Part shown: positions 26,801-35,180 of the stretch, piece after piece
How positions within the stretch are numbered: position 1 is the stretch's first letter
How the letters are laid out: every line of letters begins with the position of its first letter
Source of the DNA: a virus
Lineage: Duplodnaviria > Caudoviricetes
Reading direction: 5' to 3' (one strand)
Virus record (IMG/VR): IMGVR_UViG_3300042503_001940
Location: 1-60,860 of that record
DNA: 60,860 nt
The notes under the pieces: generated by a model
Databases searched by the model: none
The model's input: only the letters and a program-made list of their open reading frames with translations
Told to the model about the DNA's origin: nothing
Position numbers and translations under genes: made by a program

Positions 26801-28207
26801 GCAAGACCCTTCTTGAACAGCGGAGAAACTGACAGCAGCTTTATCCCAATGCCGACGTATCCGTTTGAATCTCCCGACACAATTAGAAGCGGCGGCGCGG
26901 TTGCCAACAGGCTGTACCTCTACGCATCAACAGTTAACTCAGACGAGAACGGCAATACCATTACCAACGAAACCCTTGGCCAATCTGTTCTTGAATACAC
27001 ATACGATTACGTGCAGGGTATTTGGAAGTCTCATGGGAAAATCATTGAGGCAAGCCAGGCAGAGGATAAGGCCTCAACGCAATATGAGCTCACTGGGAAA
27101 GCGGAGGCGTTCTTCAAGGATAGCGGGGACACTATCAACTCATACGAGTTTGATCATCCGTATAACGGGTCGGACGCAATCCTTGAAGTTGGCTCTGTAG
27201 TCCCATACATCTGGTCAGAGGTGGGAGTTGTTGAGCCAATGATCGTAAAGAGCCACAAGACATCCCTCATTGGTTCGGAGCTATACCATCACGTTTCCTT
27301 GGAGCAAGAGCCCGACTATCAGAAAAATGCCCTTGTTCTTATTAGCCGAAGGCAGATGCAGGTTGACCTTGCAACCGCGCCAGAGGCAAGAGACAGGCCG
27401 CCTGCTGTAAGAAATTTCCGTATTGAAAGCGTTGACGCAGATGGTAAACTATCTACCATTGCCAATGAGTTCCGCATGTCGTGGCAATACCCATTTGATG
27501 ATCCACTCGCCCGAGGCGTGCGCGAATCTGGCTTTGAAGTTCAGGTCCGGTGGCGCAAGCGAACTGTTAAGGATATGAACAAGAAAAAAATGGGCGTTCT
27601 TCCTGCAAAAACGCACATTTCTGTCGGTGCCAGCACTGGCGGCGAGCCAGTGCGGATTAAGATTTTTTCCAGGACAACTAAGTTCTCAGGGTTGGCAGTT
27701 GGTCAGCCAGTGGTTATTTCTGGGGCCCCCTACAACGCGGCGGCATCTACGGAAGTTAATCCAAACGGCAGTTATCGCGTTTCTTACGTTGCGGCAAACG
27801 GGCTTTCGTTTGCGTATGAAGTCTTGGCACCAAAGACCACCACCCCAGATGGGCAGGTTACTTACGTAACGAGAAAAGCGGTAAATATCTTGGCAAAGGC
27901 CGTGGCTGTTAAATTCATGGTTAGCTACACGGCCAGGCAGGGCGGCACATTTGGCGAGTGGAAAAACATCAACACCAAGATTACTGGGACAAGCTTTGCG
28001 TGGAACCCCGTGAGCAGCGGCCCTATTAGCGCGACGACCGCCTCGGAGATCAGCAGCATTGGCGGGCAGGCAGACCTGGACTTTCAGTTCAGAATCCGCG
28101 CAGTGGCCACAAATTCATCTAACGTATCTGTTTACTCAGTGTATACTGTATACCCATCTGGCGATGACTTTATGACAATCGCTACAACTAAAACCCTGGA
28201 GGGGTAA
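20843..28207 (+). CDS. Large baseplate hub/central tail protein with beta-barrel repeats, LamG-like, CBM-like and FN3-like domains
   Basis: Directly after the TMP; hub motifs LFGGLV, CSDYTALLD, TLKQVLDSI...FWVD; more than 10 H.[LF]..G[DQE].[VI].[VI]-type repeats; NLVKNS...EWQRIW; FRIRAV. Confidence 0.8.
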   Translation: MMETTESLIVKIQPRFEGDPTPAAFYDISGRVDSDGFEFTSSADGATASAQISLFTLFPLEDKRWTEYATAQEAVEDSKFYFDIPARTEIQIWEAASWYTESPKLLFGGLVMQVEEERIGGGIVQRLTCSDYTALLDERVVEQYRVPRDTYGWEMIKGGVAYEDGLVGIAQVSSAPDETPYRDFTHVSYDSTQDINKATSASHDFIKGERFKHQPTGIEYEIVGTSGDAVFYRRSSASGALSLTSGFRVWSHKILATTVEDHLYARNQTFNFPNIAHFNSSFYAIHEITSNLKFVSMHRVSTATATATSPFVDVTVVNITSIGSVDPNNNKNSAEFAFAECSAVQPFSVGQTIRFTADQVDLFSPWLDALAESPASSGLYAATVRSVTSPYSFAIDNDLTTGDAPVEIAGYADGYPIRTQAYTLSIFEAVRNNNPFQDSYDSIGVNYKDYVNEVETARYNPILYGYKDSYPNEPAIEADPFGSRAKIWIDFSRKGSELDGVAFDPTTNSATSPVRHLSKILNRATGDRSLFVTIPNVTVEYNNSTNVLTIGISAAGSNIFAGDRISISNISGAPTGTDADTIANQELVITSIPSLIEVDLDDEANSAIPSDFTIPASATCTVRLLPNYDDDTGDIKIFTERPHSLIPGETIDLVNFKVNAKISEVDDANFTITEVSTANDPSGGKYSSISIDVGGTDPDIELYPDNNLHKSEKATMISSGAELSSAARRHRVIHAMRNSGVTKLTVVTAEIVNSYEVIDADNFYVYIDENTGAFFEDNQIVRVIGLSAPFSGRFRVVEVYSTRVKLNRSGAFGAGAHRIVTAATYSSPNITYTATAHGFVAGQKVSVVGDTIYWSVTEAEIISVTTNTFVVARQNAAPTVPFVPSGYVILARVTEAISISLFGRYKDVFDNKWKAYFTSSNHGLAVGDEIYIDITSGPEEMLCESGVAKITKVVGKEFHFEANGSGQMLPIEVSVSYLATVTRAFPSTTGTSGSVGLMISRADDAYQEQEAFFVSGIGHTNFDSSVPVRAGRIKRVEYRSASGSEKIHWGDNGIITLYFNKTIKELQTFFGEGRSAYFDITSSSAYDPTYTNTFSGIYTVFDAGDTGTVGEHVDLGINPATFFVRFIGRPRPSGVLAANLHSVATGSVISADYLEYVDGRANVNDTEPYGIGAPGTSKKFRLATRRTPISFIQYLANGTAEITTTVSPNVSDGRTVYFSSSDSGLRRHRTSKTKVKVDKRTNTVFRYKVGGSSVKATRVVSAAGSTTWTIKLAGTPPQAYYSGWNIPFKLIGISTKASNAVKALNKSAGWDSGSYSYDATKKIITLTGGPSHASAINVSPGPNAKVSFMGGAKTSAPADSYVLSAKKETVTTSVWSIDKILSVFTKPSTGISERNYASDLRIKRQGGALVQIKYYEWLEAVTAGTYQVTVGAGQTYTVTTTEPHNLGTYQPSVEFKGISGTYVDIGSPDSGLVNGIKVTSPTTFTFVRTAAATESGACQIRTRKAYVPDSTHLTMPRNPGVYVSGRTAIKFVASQWSSLRGDRFYLDGSVPTAGAGTSKLSSTWTIVMQATALPTAGNYAAIFQHGTPAGAPYLSFGLDSDGHPWASFVTTGGRTKYTATDITLVAEEDCVLQLRVAYSTSTAATVYISKNTGAEQALSVTNIYRGLWDSALPVPWSSSGAGTLVLGMEQDSDSTYRYPITAHIGEIIAHDIDLGAAPALELRAWMMHKWALVNFIDSDLVPDYRDLRNVPNNELSDSSQVKNAQFGGRTLKQVLDSIVKTTGARFWVDKNKNLQYKELNTKNLVKNSILQDERAVSSSRYWNLTNFAVVTQDPADATRQPGPYGYGYALGFSGTAAGEAHTDFITENPDKTTISADEYYFVSAYMKTSDTTKAALRVHFYASGTNTVGSSHDISFVDATPLTRNNEWQRIWSIVKTPATTAKLSVGAIKLSSAAAVSVYATNFSCVQLTGAYGFADEGLAYELAPARPFLNSGETDSSFIPMPTYPFESPDTIRSGGAVANRLYLYASTVNSDENGNTITNETLGQSVLEYTYDYVQGIWKSHGKIIEASQAEDKASTQYELTGKAEAFFKDSGDTINSYEFDHPYNGSDAILEVGSVVPYIWSEVGVVEPMIVKSHKTSLIGSELYHHVSLEQEPDYQKNALVLISRRQMQVDLATAPEARDRPPAVRNFRIESVDADGKLSTIANEFRMSWQYPFDDPLARGVRESGFEVQVRWRKRTVKDMNKKKMGVLPAKTHISVGASTGGEPVRIKIFSRTTKFSGLAVGQPVVISGAPYNAAASTEVNPNGSYRVSYVAANGLSFAYEVLAPKTTTPDGQVTYVTRKAVNILAKAVAVKFMVSYTARQGGTFGEWKNINTKITGTSFAWNPVSSGPISATTASEISSIGGQADLDFQFRIRAVATNSSNVSVYSVYTVYPSGDDFMTIATTKTLEG

Positions 28208-30252
28208 TGGCCGAAGAGTACCTGGCAAATAGTAAAATACGAAGGATTGTTTCCGCGCCAATCCCTGGCGCCGAAAATCCTGTAAGCGCACTTACTGTTG
28301 AGAACGGCGAGATTCGCATTGTTAATCCAACTGACGTTACGGATTCCTCTGGCAATCAGGTTGCCGCTGGCGCTGGGACCCTTCTTTCCGCCGGCAACGG
28401 CGACGCCTCAATTAATGCTTCGTACATTAAGACTGGCGTGCTTGACGCCAACCTTGTCCGTACCGGTCAACTCCAAACTATTGCCTCTTGGAACAACAAA
28501 AACTATGGCTCTGTTGAAGATTCCATTGAGGCTCAGCAGGGATATACGGGCGGATACCTCTACCTGACTGACTGGTTAACCGTATCGCCAAACGTAGTGT
28601 ATGCCGCCTTTGCCACCTGGGGAGACTACCTGAGCGGCACCACGACTGGCACTACCGCTGCTGCAACATACTTTTCTGTTGGCGACTACATCCGCGTTAC
28701 TGGCGCAAACTTTGGCACACCTGACGACAACACGCAGGCAGATGGGGAGAATGCAAACGTCGGTGTTGTTGACCAAGATGACGGCCCAGTTGCATACGGG
28801 CGGGTCGTTGCCGTAGACACAGCTGGTACGGGAATCTTTTACACGGTAGAAGACACTGGCAAAACCGAACTTGAAGCAGGCAAGGTGGCAAGAAGCCAAG
28901 CATTTATTCCGACAATGTCTAAGGCCCATAAGATTATTAGCGTTACCTCTGCTCAGTTGCCCGCTCCAAACCCGGCCCAGGTCTATGAAGTTATTGTCAC
29001 CACATCAGATGCTCATTACTTTGTCCCAGGCGATTACATAGAGCTTTACAACTGCGGCGCAATATATAGCGGTGTTTGGTACGTTGTAAATACACCAGCA
29101 GAGGATGTCTTTACTTTCCGCCATCGCTTTGGCGTTGATTCAGCGGCAGCACTTAACGGGGCAGAGCTCCCGTCAATCGAGACACCTGTTGCCATTCGCG
29201 TTCGCAAGACTTACGCGGTGTCCGCCAACGGCGACCTTACGGCTGCTTCTTTGAATATCCAGACTGCTCGCACGCAGGAAGGCGGCGATCCAATCTTCCA
29301 GGTGTTGAACGACAGCGTCATCATCCGCAAGCCAGACGGCACCATCCTTCTCAGCGCCAACACCGTCGGGTCATCTATTGACGTCGGCACCGTGACTGCG
29401 GACGAGATTACCGTTGGGGGAGACATTGACGCAAACCAGGTTGTGCGCGTCGGCACTAACGTCAGCCCATCCTTCCAGGGTATCTGGGCAGGCAATGCCA
29501 ACCCAGACTTGGCAGAGTTCTCTGTCGACCTTGACGGCAATCTCAGGGCGGTCTCGGGGGCAATCGGCGGCTGGACCATTGGCGCAACGGAACTGTACAG
29601 CTCCGAAATTTACCTGAACAGTGGCGGGCGCCTGCAAATTGGCAACTCCGCCGAGATTACTAATCAGGACGGAGTGACCACCGGCAACAACGTTTTCTAT
29701 ATTGACGACGAGCAAGGTATGTGGATAGGAAACGCCGACATTGAGCAGGCTCCGTTTAGGGTCAACCTAGATGGCTCTATTGCCGCAAACAAGGCAACCA
29801 TTACGGATTTGAGCGTTGACTCCCTGCGAATGGACGGCCGCGTCAGATTTGGCACAAGCAACGGCCAGCTTGAATCCTTCCAGGTTTTGAGTGGCGACCT
29901 TCAAGGCGTAGCCGCCCAGTGGAATCAGGACGGTTTGCAGATCTCCAATGGGGATATTACAAACTCCGACAAGATATATATTAACGGTAGCCAGATTGAG
30001 CTTCTTGCGGCAGATGGGACATCTCTAAATGCGATTACCGCGCAAGGAATTAACGCAAGCACTATTACGTTTGGGGCTTTGCCTGGCGGCTCTAACTTGA
30101 TCCCAAACTCTTCTTTTGAGTTCGCTCCATTCTCACTAGGAGCAACCGGAATCCCAAACAACACCGCAGGAATTGGAACAGCGTTTAATATTACAGAAAC
30201 AGGAAATACAACGGCAGGGTTTACAATGGTGCTGAGCTATTATGGCTACTAA
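28207..30252 (+). CDS. Minor tail/fibre protein
   Basis: INASYIKTGVLDA, SGAIGGWTI and APFRVNLDGS fibre-shaft motifs; two beta-barrel repeats. Confidence 0.75.
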   Translation: MAEEYLANSKIRRIVSAPIPGAENPVSALTVENGEIRIVNPTDVTDSSGNQVAAGAGTLLSAGNGDASINASYIKTGVLDANLVRTGQLQTIASWNNKNYGSVEDSIEAQQGYTGGYLYLTDWLTVSPNVVYAAFATWGDYLSGTTTGTTAAATYFSVGDYIRVTGANFGTPDDNTQADGENANVGVVDQDDGPVAYGRVVAVDTAGTGIFYTVEDTGKTELEAGKVARSQAFIPTMSKAHKIISVTSAQLPAPNPAQVYEVIVTTSDAHYFVPGDYIELYNCGAIYSGVWYVVNTPAEDVFTFRHRFGVDSAAALNGAELPSIETPVAIRVRKTYAVSANGDLTAASLNIQTARTQEGGDPIFQVLNDSVIIRKPDGTILLSANTVGSSIDVGTVTADEITVGGDIDANQVVRVGTNVSPSFQGIWAGNANPDLAEFSVDLDGNLRAVSGAIGGWTIGATELYSSEIYLNSGGRLQIGNSAEITNQDGVTTGNNVFYIDDEQGMWIGNADIEQAPFRVNLDGSIAANKATITDLSVDSLRMDGRVRFGTSNGQLESFQVLSGDLQGVAAQWNQDGLQISNGDITNSDKIYINGSQIELLAADGTSLNAITAQGINASTITFGALPGGSNLIPNSSFEFAPFSLGATGIPNNTAGIGTAFNITETGNTTAGFTMVLSYYGY

Positions 30253-33200
30253 AAACTTTACTATTTCTAAGGACGCTTCGGTAGTTTATACCAGCTCGGG
30301 CCAAAACCTCGGCCAGGGAGCAGGAGACAACGTTGCGGTTGGCTATATCAGCTCTACGGGCTGGTTGATGCGCGGCCTTATGGAATTTAACTGCGATTTT
30401 ACTGGTGTAACTTCAATTACCAGCGCAACGCTTTATGTGCAGGCATATAACCGCGCCGGTCAGAACAATACAATCTGGGAAATGGGTAGCGGTATGGACA
30501 TCTACCGCAACACATCTTCTTGGTCCGAGGGAAACAAGGGCGCAGATGGAGTTTGGTACAGCACAAACGCTGTTACCTGGTCAAACAAGCCAGCCTACAC
30601 CTCTACGGGGTTTAAGCGCATTACCACTGCGCAAATTCCAAACGCAACCCCGGACCTAGGCGACGTTTACGCACTGGACGTTACGGACATTGTTCGATCT
30701 TGGGCACCTGTTACCGTAACTGGCGGCAGCGGCTCTGCAAACTATGGCGTTACATTGAAGATGGTAAACGAAACGTCGGCCAACGGCGGCGGCGTTGAAT
30801 TCCGCACAAAGGAAGACAGCTCAATCAATGGCGGCTCTTCCTATGCTGGGGCTTTTATTGTCCTCACGTATGACTCCACAACCGCCCCAACTGCAACTCC
30901 GTCAGAGCCAACAATTACGGGTGAAGTTGCATCAATTTACAACCTTGGCGACACAGAACTTACCTGGAGCGAGACAAGCAAAACAGCGCTTCCGGTTCTT
31001 GCCTGGTCTTACGCTGCCAACGGCGGTGGCGCGCAAACCTCTTGGCGCGTTAGGATTTATGACAATTCTACTGGCGGAAGTACAATCTTTGATTCCGGAA
31101 CGGTAACTGCTTCTGGCTATCAAAATGCAAGCTCACTAAACGTCCCGAGATACAACAATACCGCTGGGGGAAATACTGATTATGTGGCAACCTATTGCCC
31201 TGGCCCAACAGCGCTGCAAGGAACACTTCCCGACAACGGGGGAATTTGGGCATCTGGCTACGACGGCCTTGAAGGCGGAGATCAGTATTGGTGGAACGTT
31301 GAGGTAACTAGTGCCGCCGGTTTGACTAGCACCGCCACCACTAGATACCCCTTTAAGGTCCGCTGGGGCCAAGACGCATACTACTTTGACCTTGGCGCCT
31401 CATATGCAACCACCGCCGAACATCAAACAACCATTAACGCCGCGACTGGCGGAGCACAGGCCGTTCGACTATACGCGTCAAGCTCTTCATCTACCGTTGT
31501 CCCAACAGTTTGGTACTCCTCGCTAACCGCAGCGACGCCAGCAGACAATCAGTACATGTGGGTTCTGGTAAGGCTTGCGCAAAACGCAAATGCAACGGGA
31601 GCCCCATCAGTTTCTGGCCTTGATGCATCTTGGAATTCCTCCACAACGCAACCAGACGGATGGGCAATTGACACTACGGCTGGTGCTCACGAACTTGCGC
31701 TGACCCCCTCGCGCAAAAGATTTGGAACGAGGTCTGCAAAGTTTACCGTCGCGGGAACATCTGGTTCAATTAGCGCCTATAGAAATACAGTAGGCGACGG
31801 CATTCCCGTAAGCCCAAACACTGTGTACACTTTTTCCTGCTACGTCTATGACAATGGCACCGCTGGGGTTAGCACTACTGGAATTATCAAGCTAAAAGTA
31901 TTCCAGGGTGACGGGTCAAGTGCCGTCTTGGCTGATGCAGACCTGCTTGCGACCTCTGACCCGCACACATCATTCCCTGCTATTGACAAAGATCCAACAA
32001 GCGGCATTGGCTGGCGCAGAATGTCTGTTACGTTTTCAAGCGGCGGAGTTTCTGTTATTCGACCAGCAGTGGAGTGCACGGATTTCACTCCCGGAAAAAT
32101 TATCTTTGTTGATGGCGCTCTTGTTGAGGAAGGTTCGGTTATCCGATCTTACACTCCGGGCACTGTTAACTCCCCAGCCGTTGTTGAGGGGATGGGCGTT
32201 CAGATTGACGCGGCTGCTGGCGGAAAGATGCGCCTTCGCGGGTCTGGCGGTGGGGAGCGGAATGTCGTTGAGTTGGGCGTAGACGGACTGTCATTTGGCG
32301 GCTCGGCCAGCCCAGCAAACCTTTACTCGCCCGAAGCAGATGTTCTTGCTTCAGATCAGCAGATCCGATCTTACTTCTCTCCCGCATTCAGGGCAGAGAC
32401 TGGAACCTCAACTGGAGGTGCGTTTAGGTCTCAGGCCGAAACAGACACTGCAGCAAGGTTTAACATTAGGACAGACGGTCAGCTTACTTGGGGAGATGGT
32501 TCGGCGGCAACCGATACTAACCTATATCGCTCGGCGGCAAACGTTCTTAAAACAGACGACACTTTCAATGTCCCAAGCATCGTTATGCCCGGCTCTACGT
32601 CAGGTACAATTACCGTCAATCCAACTGCTGCTGCCGGAACCACCGTACTTACGTTGCCGGCCACTACTGGAACAGTTGCCCTAACAAGCCAGATCCCAAG
32701 CATTGCCGGAACTACATTTGACCTTACCGGGGACGTCACAATGACCGCCGCTGCGCTGAACATTGGCTCAGCCAACAGCTATGTTGTTTCCGTTGACAAT
32801 GATAGTCATAGCCATACGGGGGCGACCCTCTCTGCAATTCCAGGGGGGGACATTAACGCCGGATCAATAACTGGCACACAGATTGCTGGACTAACAATTA
32901 CTGGCGCAAACATTGCAGCGGCTACCATCACCGCTGCAAAGATTGCGTCAAACACCATTACTGCCGCTGAGATTGCTGCTGATGCCATTGGGGCATCCGA
33001 GCTTTCAGACACCATTTCAATCACAACAAGCGGCACCATGACCCCAACCGGTACCGCCGACATTACCGGCACTTCGGGCTACAACTCCGTCTACATGGGC
33101 GGTTCGAGCGGTGTCTCAAAGCGTTTCTATCGCTTTACTGGTGTGTCTGAAGAGCGATTAAAGGAAAATATTACACCGACGTCTCTGGCGGCAGATGCCA

Positions 33201-33472
33201 TTTACGGATTAAACCCTATCGACTTTAACTTTAGGGCCTCCGCCAGCGAGTTGTACCCAAATATTGAATTCCCAACCACCCGACAGTGGGGTCTAACCGT
33301 TGAAAATGCGCGCGAGGTATTCCCCTCTGCCGTTAGCGGCGGACAAAACGGCGAACCTTACGGCATCCACTGGGAGCGCATTTACTTTGGCATGCTTGTA
33401 GCCATTAAAGACCTAAACGCTCGCGTGCTTACCCTTGAAGAAAAAATAGCAGAACTCGAAGGGCGTGAATAA
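30242..33472 (+). CDS. Tail fibre/receptor-binding protein with DNRLRE-like, CBM-like and C-terminal peptidase S74 chaperone domains
   Basis: RGLMEF..ITSATL..W.E..VTW..DVTDIV..NYG; YTFSCYV..GWRR..FVDG; IT...IA repeats; SEERLKENI...VFPSAV plus terminal coiled coil. Confidence 0.82.
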   Translation: MATKNFTISKDASVVYTSSGQNLGQGAGDNVAVGYISSTGWLMRGLMEFNCDFTGVTSITSATLYVQAYNRAGQNNTIWEMGSGMDIYRNTSSWSEGNKGADGVWYSTNAVTWSNKPAYTSTGFKRITTAQIPNATPDLGDVYALDVTDIVRSWAPVTVTGGSGSANYGVTLKMVNETSANGGGVEFRTKEDSSINGGSSYAGAFIVLTYDSTTAPTATPSEPTITGEVASIYNLGDTELTWSETSKTALPVLAWSYAANGGGAQTSWRVRIYDNSTGGSTIFDSGTVTASGYQNASSLNVPRYNNTAGGNTDYVATYCPGPTALQGTLPDNGGIWASGYDGLEGGDQYWWNVEVTSAAGLTSTATTRYPFKVRWGQDAYYFDLGASYATTAEHQTTINAATGGAQAVRLYASSSSSTVVPTVWYSSLTAATPADNQYMWVLVRLAQNANATGAPSVSGLDASWNSSTTQPDGWAIDTTAGAHELALTPSRKRFGTRSAKFTVAGTSGSISAYRNTVGDGIPVSPNTVYTFSCYVYDNGTAGVSTTGIIKLKVFQGDGSSAVLADADLLATSDPHTSFPAIDKDPTSGIGWRRMSVTFSSGGVSVIRPAVECTDFTPGKIIFVDGALVEEGSVIRSYTPGTVNSPAVVEGMGVQIDAAAGGKMRLRGSGGGERNVVELGVDGLSFGGSASPANLYSPEADVLASDQQIRSYFSPAFRAETGTSTGGAFRSQAETDTAARFNIRTDGQLTWGDGSAATDTNLYRSAANVLKTDDTFNVPSIVMPGSTSGTITVNPTAAAGTTVLTLPATTGTVALTSQIPSIAGTTFDLTGDVTMTAAALNIGSANSYVVSVDNDSHSHTGATLSAIPGGDINAGSITGTQIAGLTITGANIAAATITAAKIASNTITAAEIAADAIGASELSDTISITTSGTMTPTGTADITGTSGYNSVYMGGSSGVSKRFYRFTGVSEERLKENITPTSLAADAIYGLNPIDFNFRASASELYPNIEFPTTRQWGLTVENAREVFPSAVSGGQNGEPYGIHWERIYFGMLVAIKDLNARVLTLEEKIAELEGRE

Positions 33473-33535
33473 ATAATCACCTCCAGGTAAAATACTGTTC
33501 TGCCTCGTAGCGGGCAATTCAGCATGGAGGTTCTT

Positions 33536-34276
33536 ATGGGAGTTCAGTTTAGGGTTAAGTCACAGCTAGAATCGGACGCTGAGGCCAAGAAAGGCATTCT
33601 TGATGACTGCGGGCCTTCGTCTATGGCGGCATGCGTGTCTTGGGCGTTTAAATACGCCCCAGGGAAGGATTTCTCTGCTGCGGATGGCGTGGCCGCAAAG
33701 GCAAAGGCAACGGGAAAAGTCGAGAAGCAGGGCGTGTCCGACAACGGCTCGTCTCTCGGCGATCTCATTAAGACTGCTCGTGTTCTAGGCGCCGAAGCCC
33801 GCTGGGCGAAGGACTGGAACGACGTCATTGCAAGCGCCAAGGCTGGCGCAGCAATCGGCGTGTGGGTTGAACAGCCAGCCGGCTACCCAAAGGGTCTTGA
33901 AATCTCCGAGTGGCACGAAAAGTGGAAGCGTTGGTGGTGGGTTAAGCAGAAGCAGCCTAACCGAACCTACGGCCACATGACTGCTGCTGTCTGGGACAAG
34001 GATCTCGGATGGCAATGGATTTGCCCAACGCGTTCCGGCAAGGGCAAGGAGCAGTTTGGGGTCCTCATTAGCGAGGATACTCTGCTTAAGCTGGCCGATA
34101 GCAAGCGTGTTTCCAAGAAGCACGTTGCCCCGGCATTTAAGCACGTCATCATCGTCTCTGCGCCAAAGGGATGGGTCGCACCGACCCCAGCACCAACACC
34201 AGCGCCTGCACCAGCACCAGTTCCGGTTGCGCCGGTTCCGTGCCCTGCGTGCGGCGGCACTGGCATCAAGAAGTAA
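33536..34276 (+). CDS. Endolysin, papain-fold C39-like peptidase
   Basis: GGAGG RBS before ATG 33536; Q...DDCGPSSMA and YGHM catalytic pattern; PA linker; directly upstream of the holin. Confidence 0.65.
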   Translation: MGVQFRVKSQLESDAEAKKGILDDCGPSSMAACVSWAFKYAPGKDFSAADGVAAKAKATGKVEKQGVSDNGSSLGDLIKTARVLGAEARWAKDWNDVIASAKAGAAIGVWVEQPAGYPKGLEISEWHEKWKRWWWVKQKQPNRTYGHMTAAVWDKDLGWQWICPTRSGKGKEQFGVLISEDTLLKLADSKRVSKKHVAPAFKHVIIVSAPKGWVAPTPAPTPAPAPAPVPVAPVPCPACGGTGIKK

Positions 34277-34290
34277 TTAGGAGGTTTATC

Positions 34291-34683
34291 ATGAGCGCAA
34301 TTATTGCAAAAGTTAAGTGGATTTTTGATAACACGGGCATTGACGAGGCGCTTCTCGAAGCGTTCCGCGTTGGTCTTGCAACCGGTATCGCCGTGATGCT
34401 TGCTACTGGCGCCCCAATTCTGGACATGACCAACGACGACTTCCGAACCGTTGCGTCGGGTGCCATTGCGGCTACCCTCCAGGTTATTGTTCGGGCCCTC
34501 AACCCAGAGGACACTAAGTTCGGCGTCGGCAAGGCAAAGGCCGTTAAGGCTGAGGAGAAGGCCGCCCTTGCGGACACCTCCCACATTGCCGGCTCCGCCA
34601 TCGACACCGACGGCGACGGCATTGCCGACGAGCTTGCTGGCAGCCTTGCTGGCGAGGCCTGGGACGAAGAGACTACCAAGTAA
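34291..34683 (+). CDS. Holin
   Basis: AGGAGG RBS; two hydrophobic segments followed by RALNPEDTKFG; acidic tail with DTDGDGIAD. Confidence 0.7.
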   Translation: MSAIIAKVKWIFDNTGIDEALLEAFRVGLATGIAVMLATGAPILDMTNDDFRTVASGAIAATLQVIVRALNPEDTKFGVGKAKAVKAEEKAALADTSHIAGSAIDTDGDGIADELAGSLAGEAWDEETTK

Positions 34684-34685
34684 TG

Positions 34686-34694
34686 TGGTATAGT
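34686..34694 (+). promoter_or_regulatory. Extended -10 promoter upstream of the histone-like gene
   Basis: TGgTATAGT about 40 nt upstream of the AGGAGG/ATG at 34736. Confidence 0.5.
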
Positions 34695-34735
34695 GCACTT
34701 ACGGCAAAAAGCCGCAAGTCGCAAGGAGGCCACTG

Positions 34736-34921
34736 ATGGTCAAGAGCAAGAAGGTAGCCCCAAAGGCTGCCGCCAAGCCGGCTGTGAAGCCTGCTGCCAA
34801 AGCCGCCGCTAAGCCAGCTGCAAAGCCGGTTAAGAAGGCGCCAGCAAAGAAGGCCGTAGTGGCCCCAAAGGCTGAAAAGAAGTCCCTTCTTGGGAAGGTC
34901 GGGTCCTGGTTTAAGCGTTAA
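34736..34921 (+). CDS. Histone H1-like Lys/Ala/Pro-rich protein
   Basis: AGGAGG RBS; KAAAKPAVKPAAKAAAKPAAKPVKKAPAKK repeats resembling AlgP/Hc2/HupB tails. Confidence 0.75.
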   Translation: MVKSKKVAPKAAAKPAVKPAAKAAAKPAAKPVKKAPAKKAVVAPKAEKKSLLGKVGSWFKR

Positions 34922-34948
34922 CGCCAACTAGGGCGGCTGATACGGAGT

Positions 34949-34980
34949 ACGCCCCGCATGTGCGGGGCGTTTCTCTTTCT
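34949..34980 (+). terminator. Rho-independent terminator ending the structural/lysis unit
   Basis: ACGCCCCGCA-TG-TGCGGGGCGT followed by TTCTCTTTCT at a convergence point. Confidence 0.75.
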
Positions 34981-35179
34981 ACAGGAAAATATCCGTACCG
35001 TTACCGCGCTTGTCGGTAGTAGCCCAGCCTTCACCCTTGAAGACAACGCCAGCACCGCCAATAAGAATGCGCATAGGCTCCGCACACTTCTCGCACGGAT
35101 ACTCAGACTCATCGCTCATAGGGTGAACGACCTCAATGACCGATTCACACTTGTCGCACTTGTAGTCGTACGTTGGCAT
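34979..35179 (-). CDS. FmdB-family zinc-ribbon protein
   Basis: MPTYDYKCDKC...CEKC...GVVFKGEGW; true start ATG 35179. Confidence 0.85.
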   Translation of the reverse strand: MPTYDYKCDKCESVIEVVHPMSDESEYPCEKCAEPMRILIGGAGVVFKGEGWATTDKRGNGTDIFL

Positions 35180-35180
35180 C

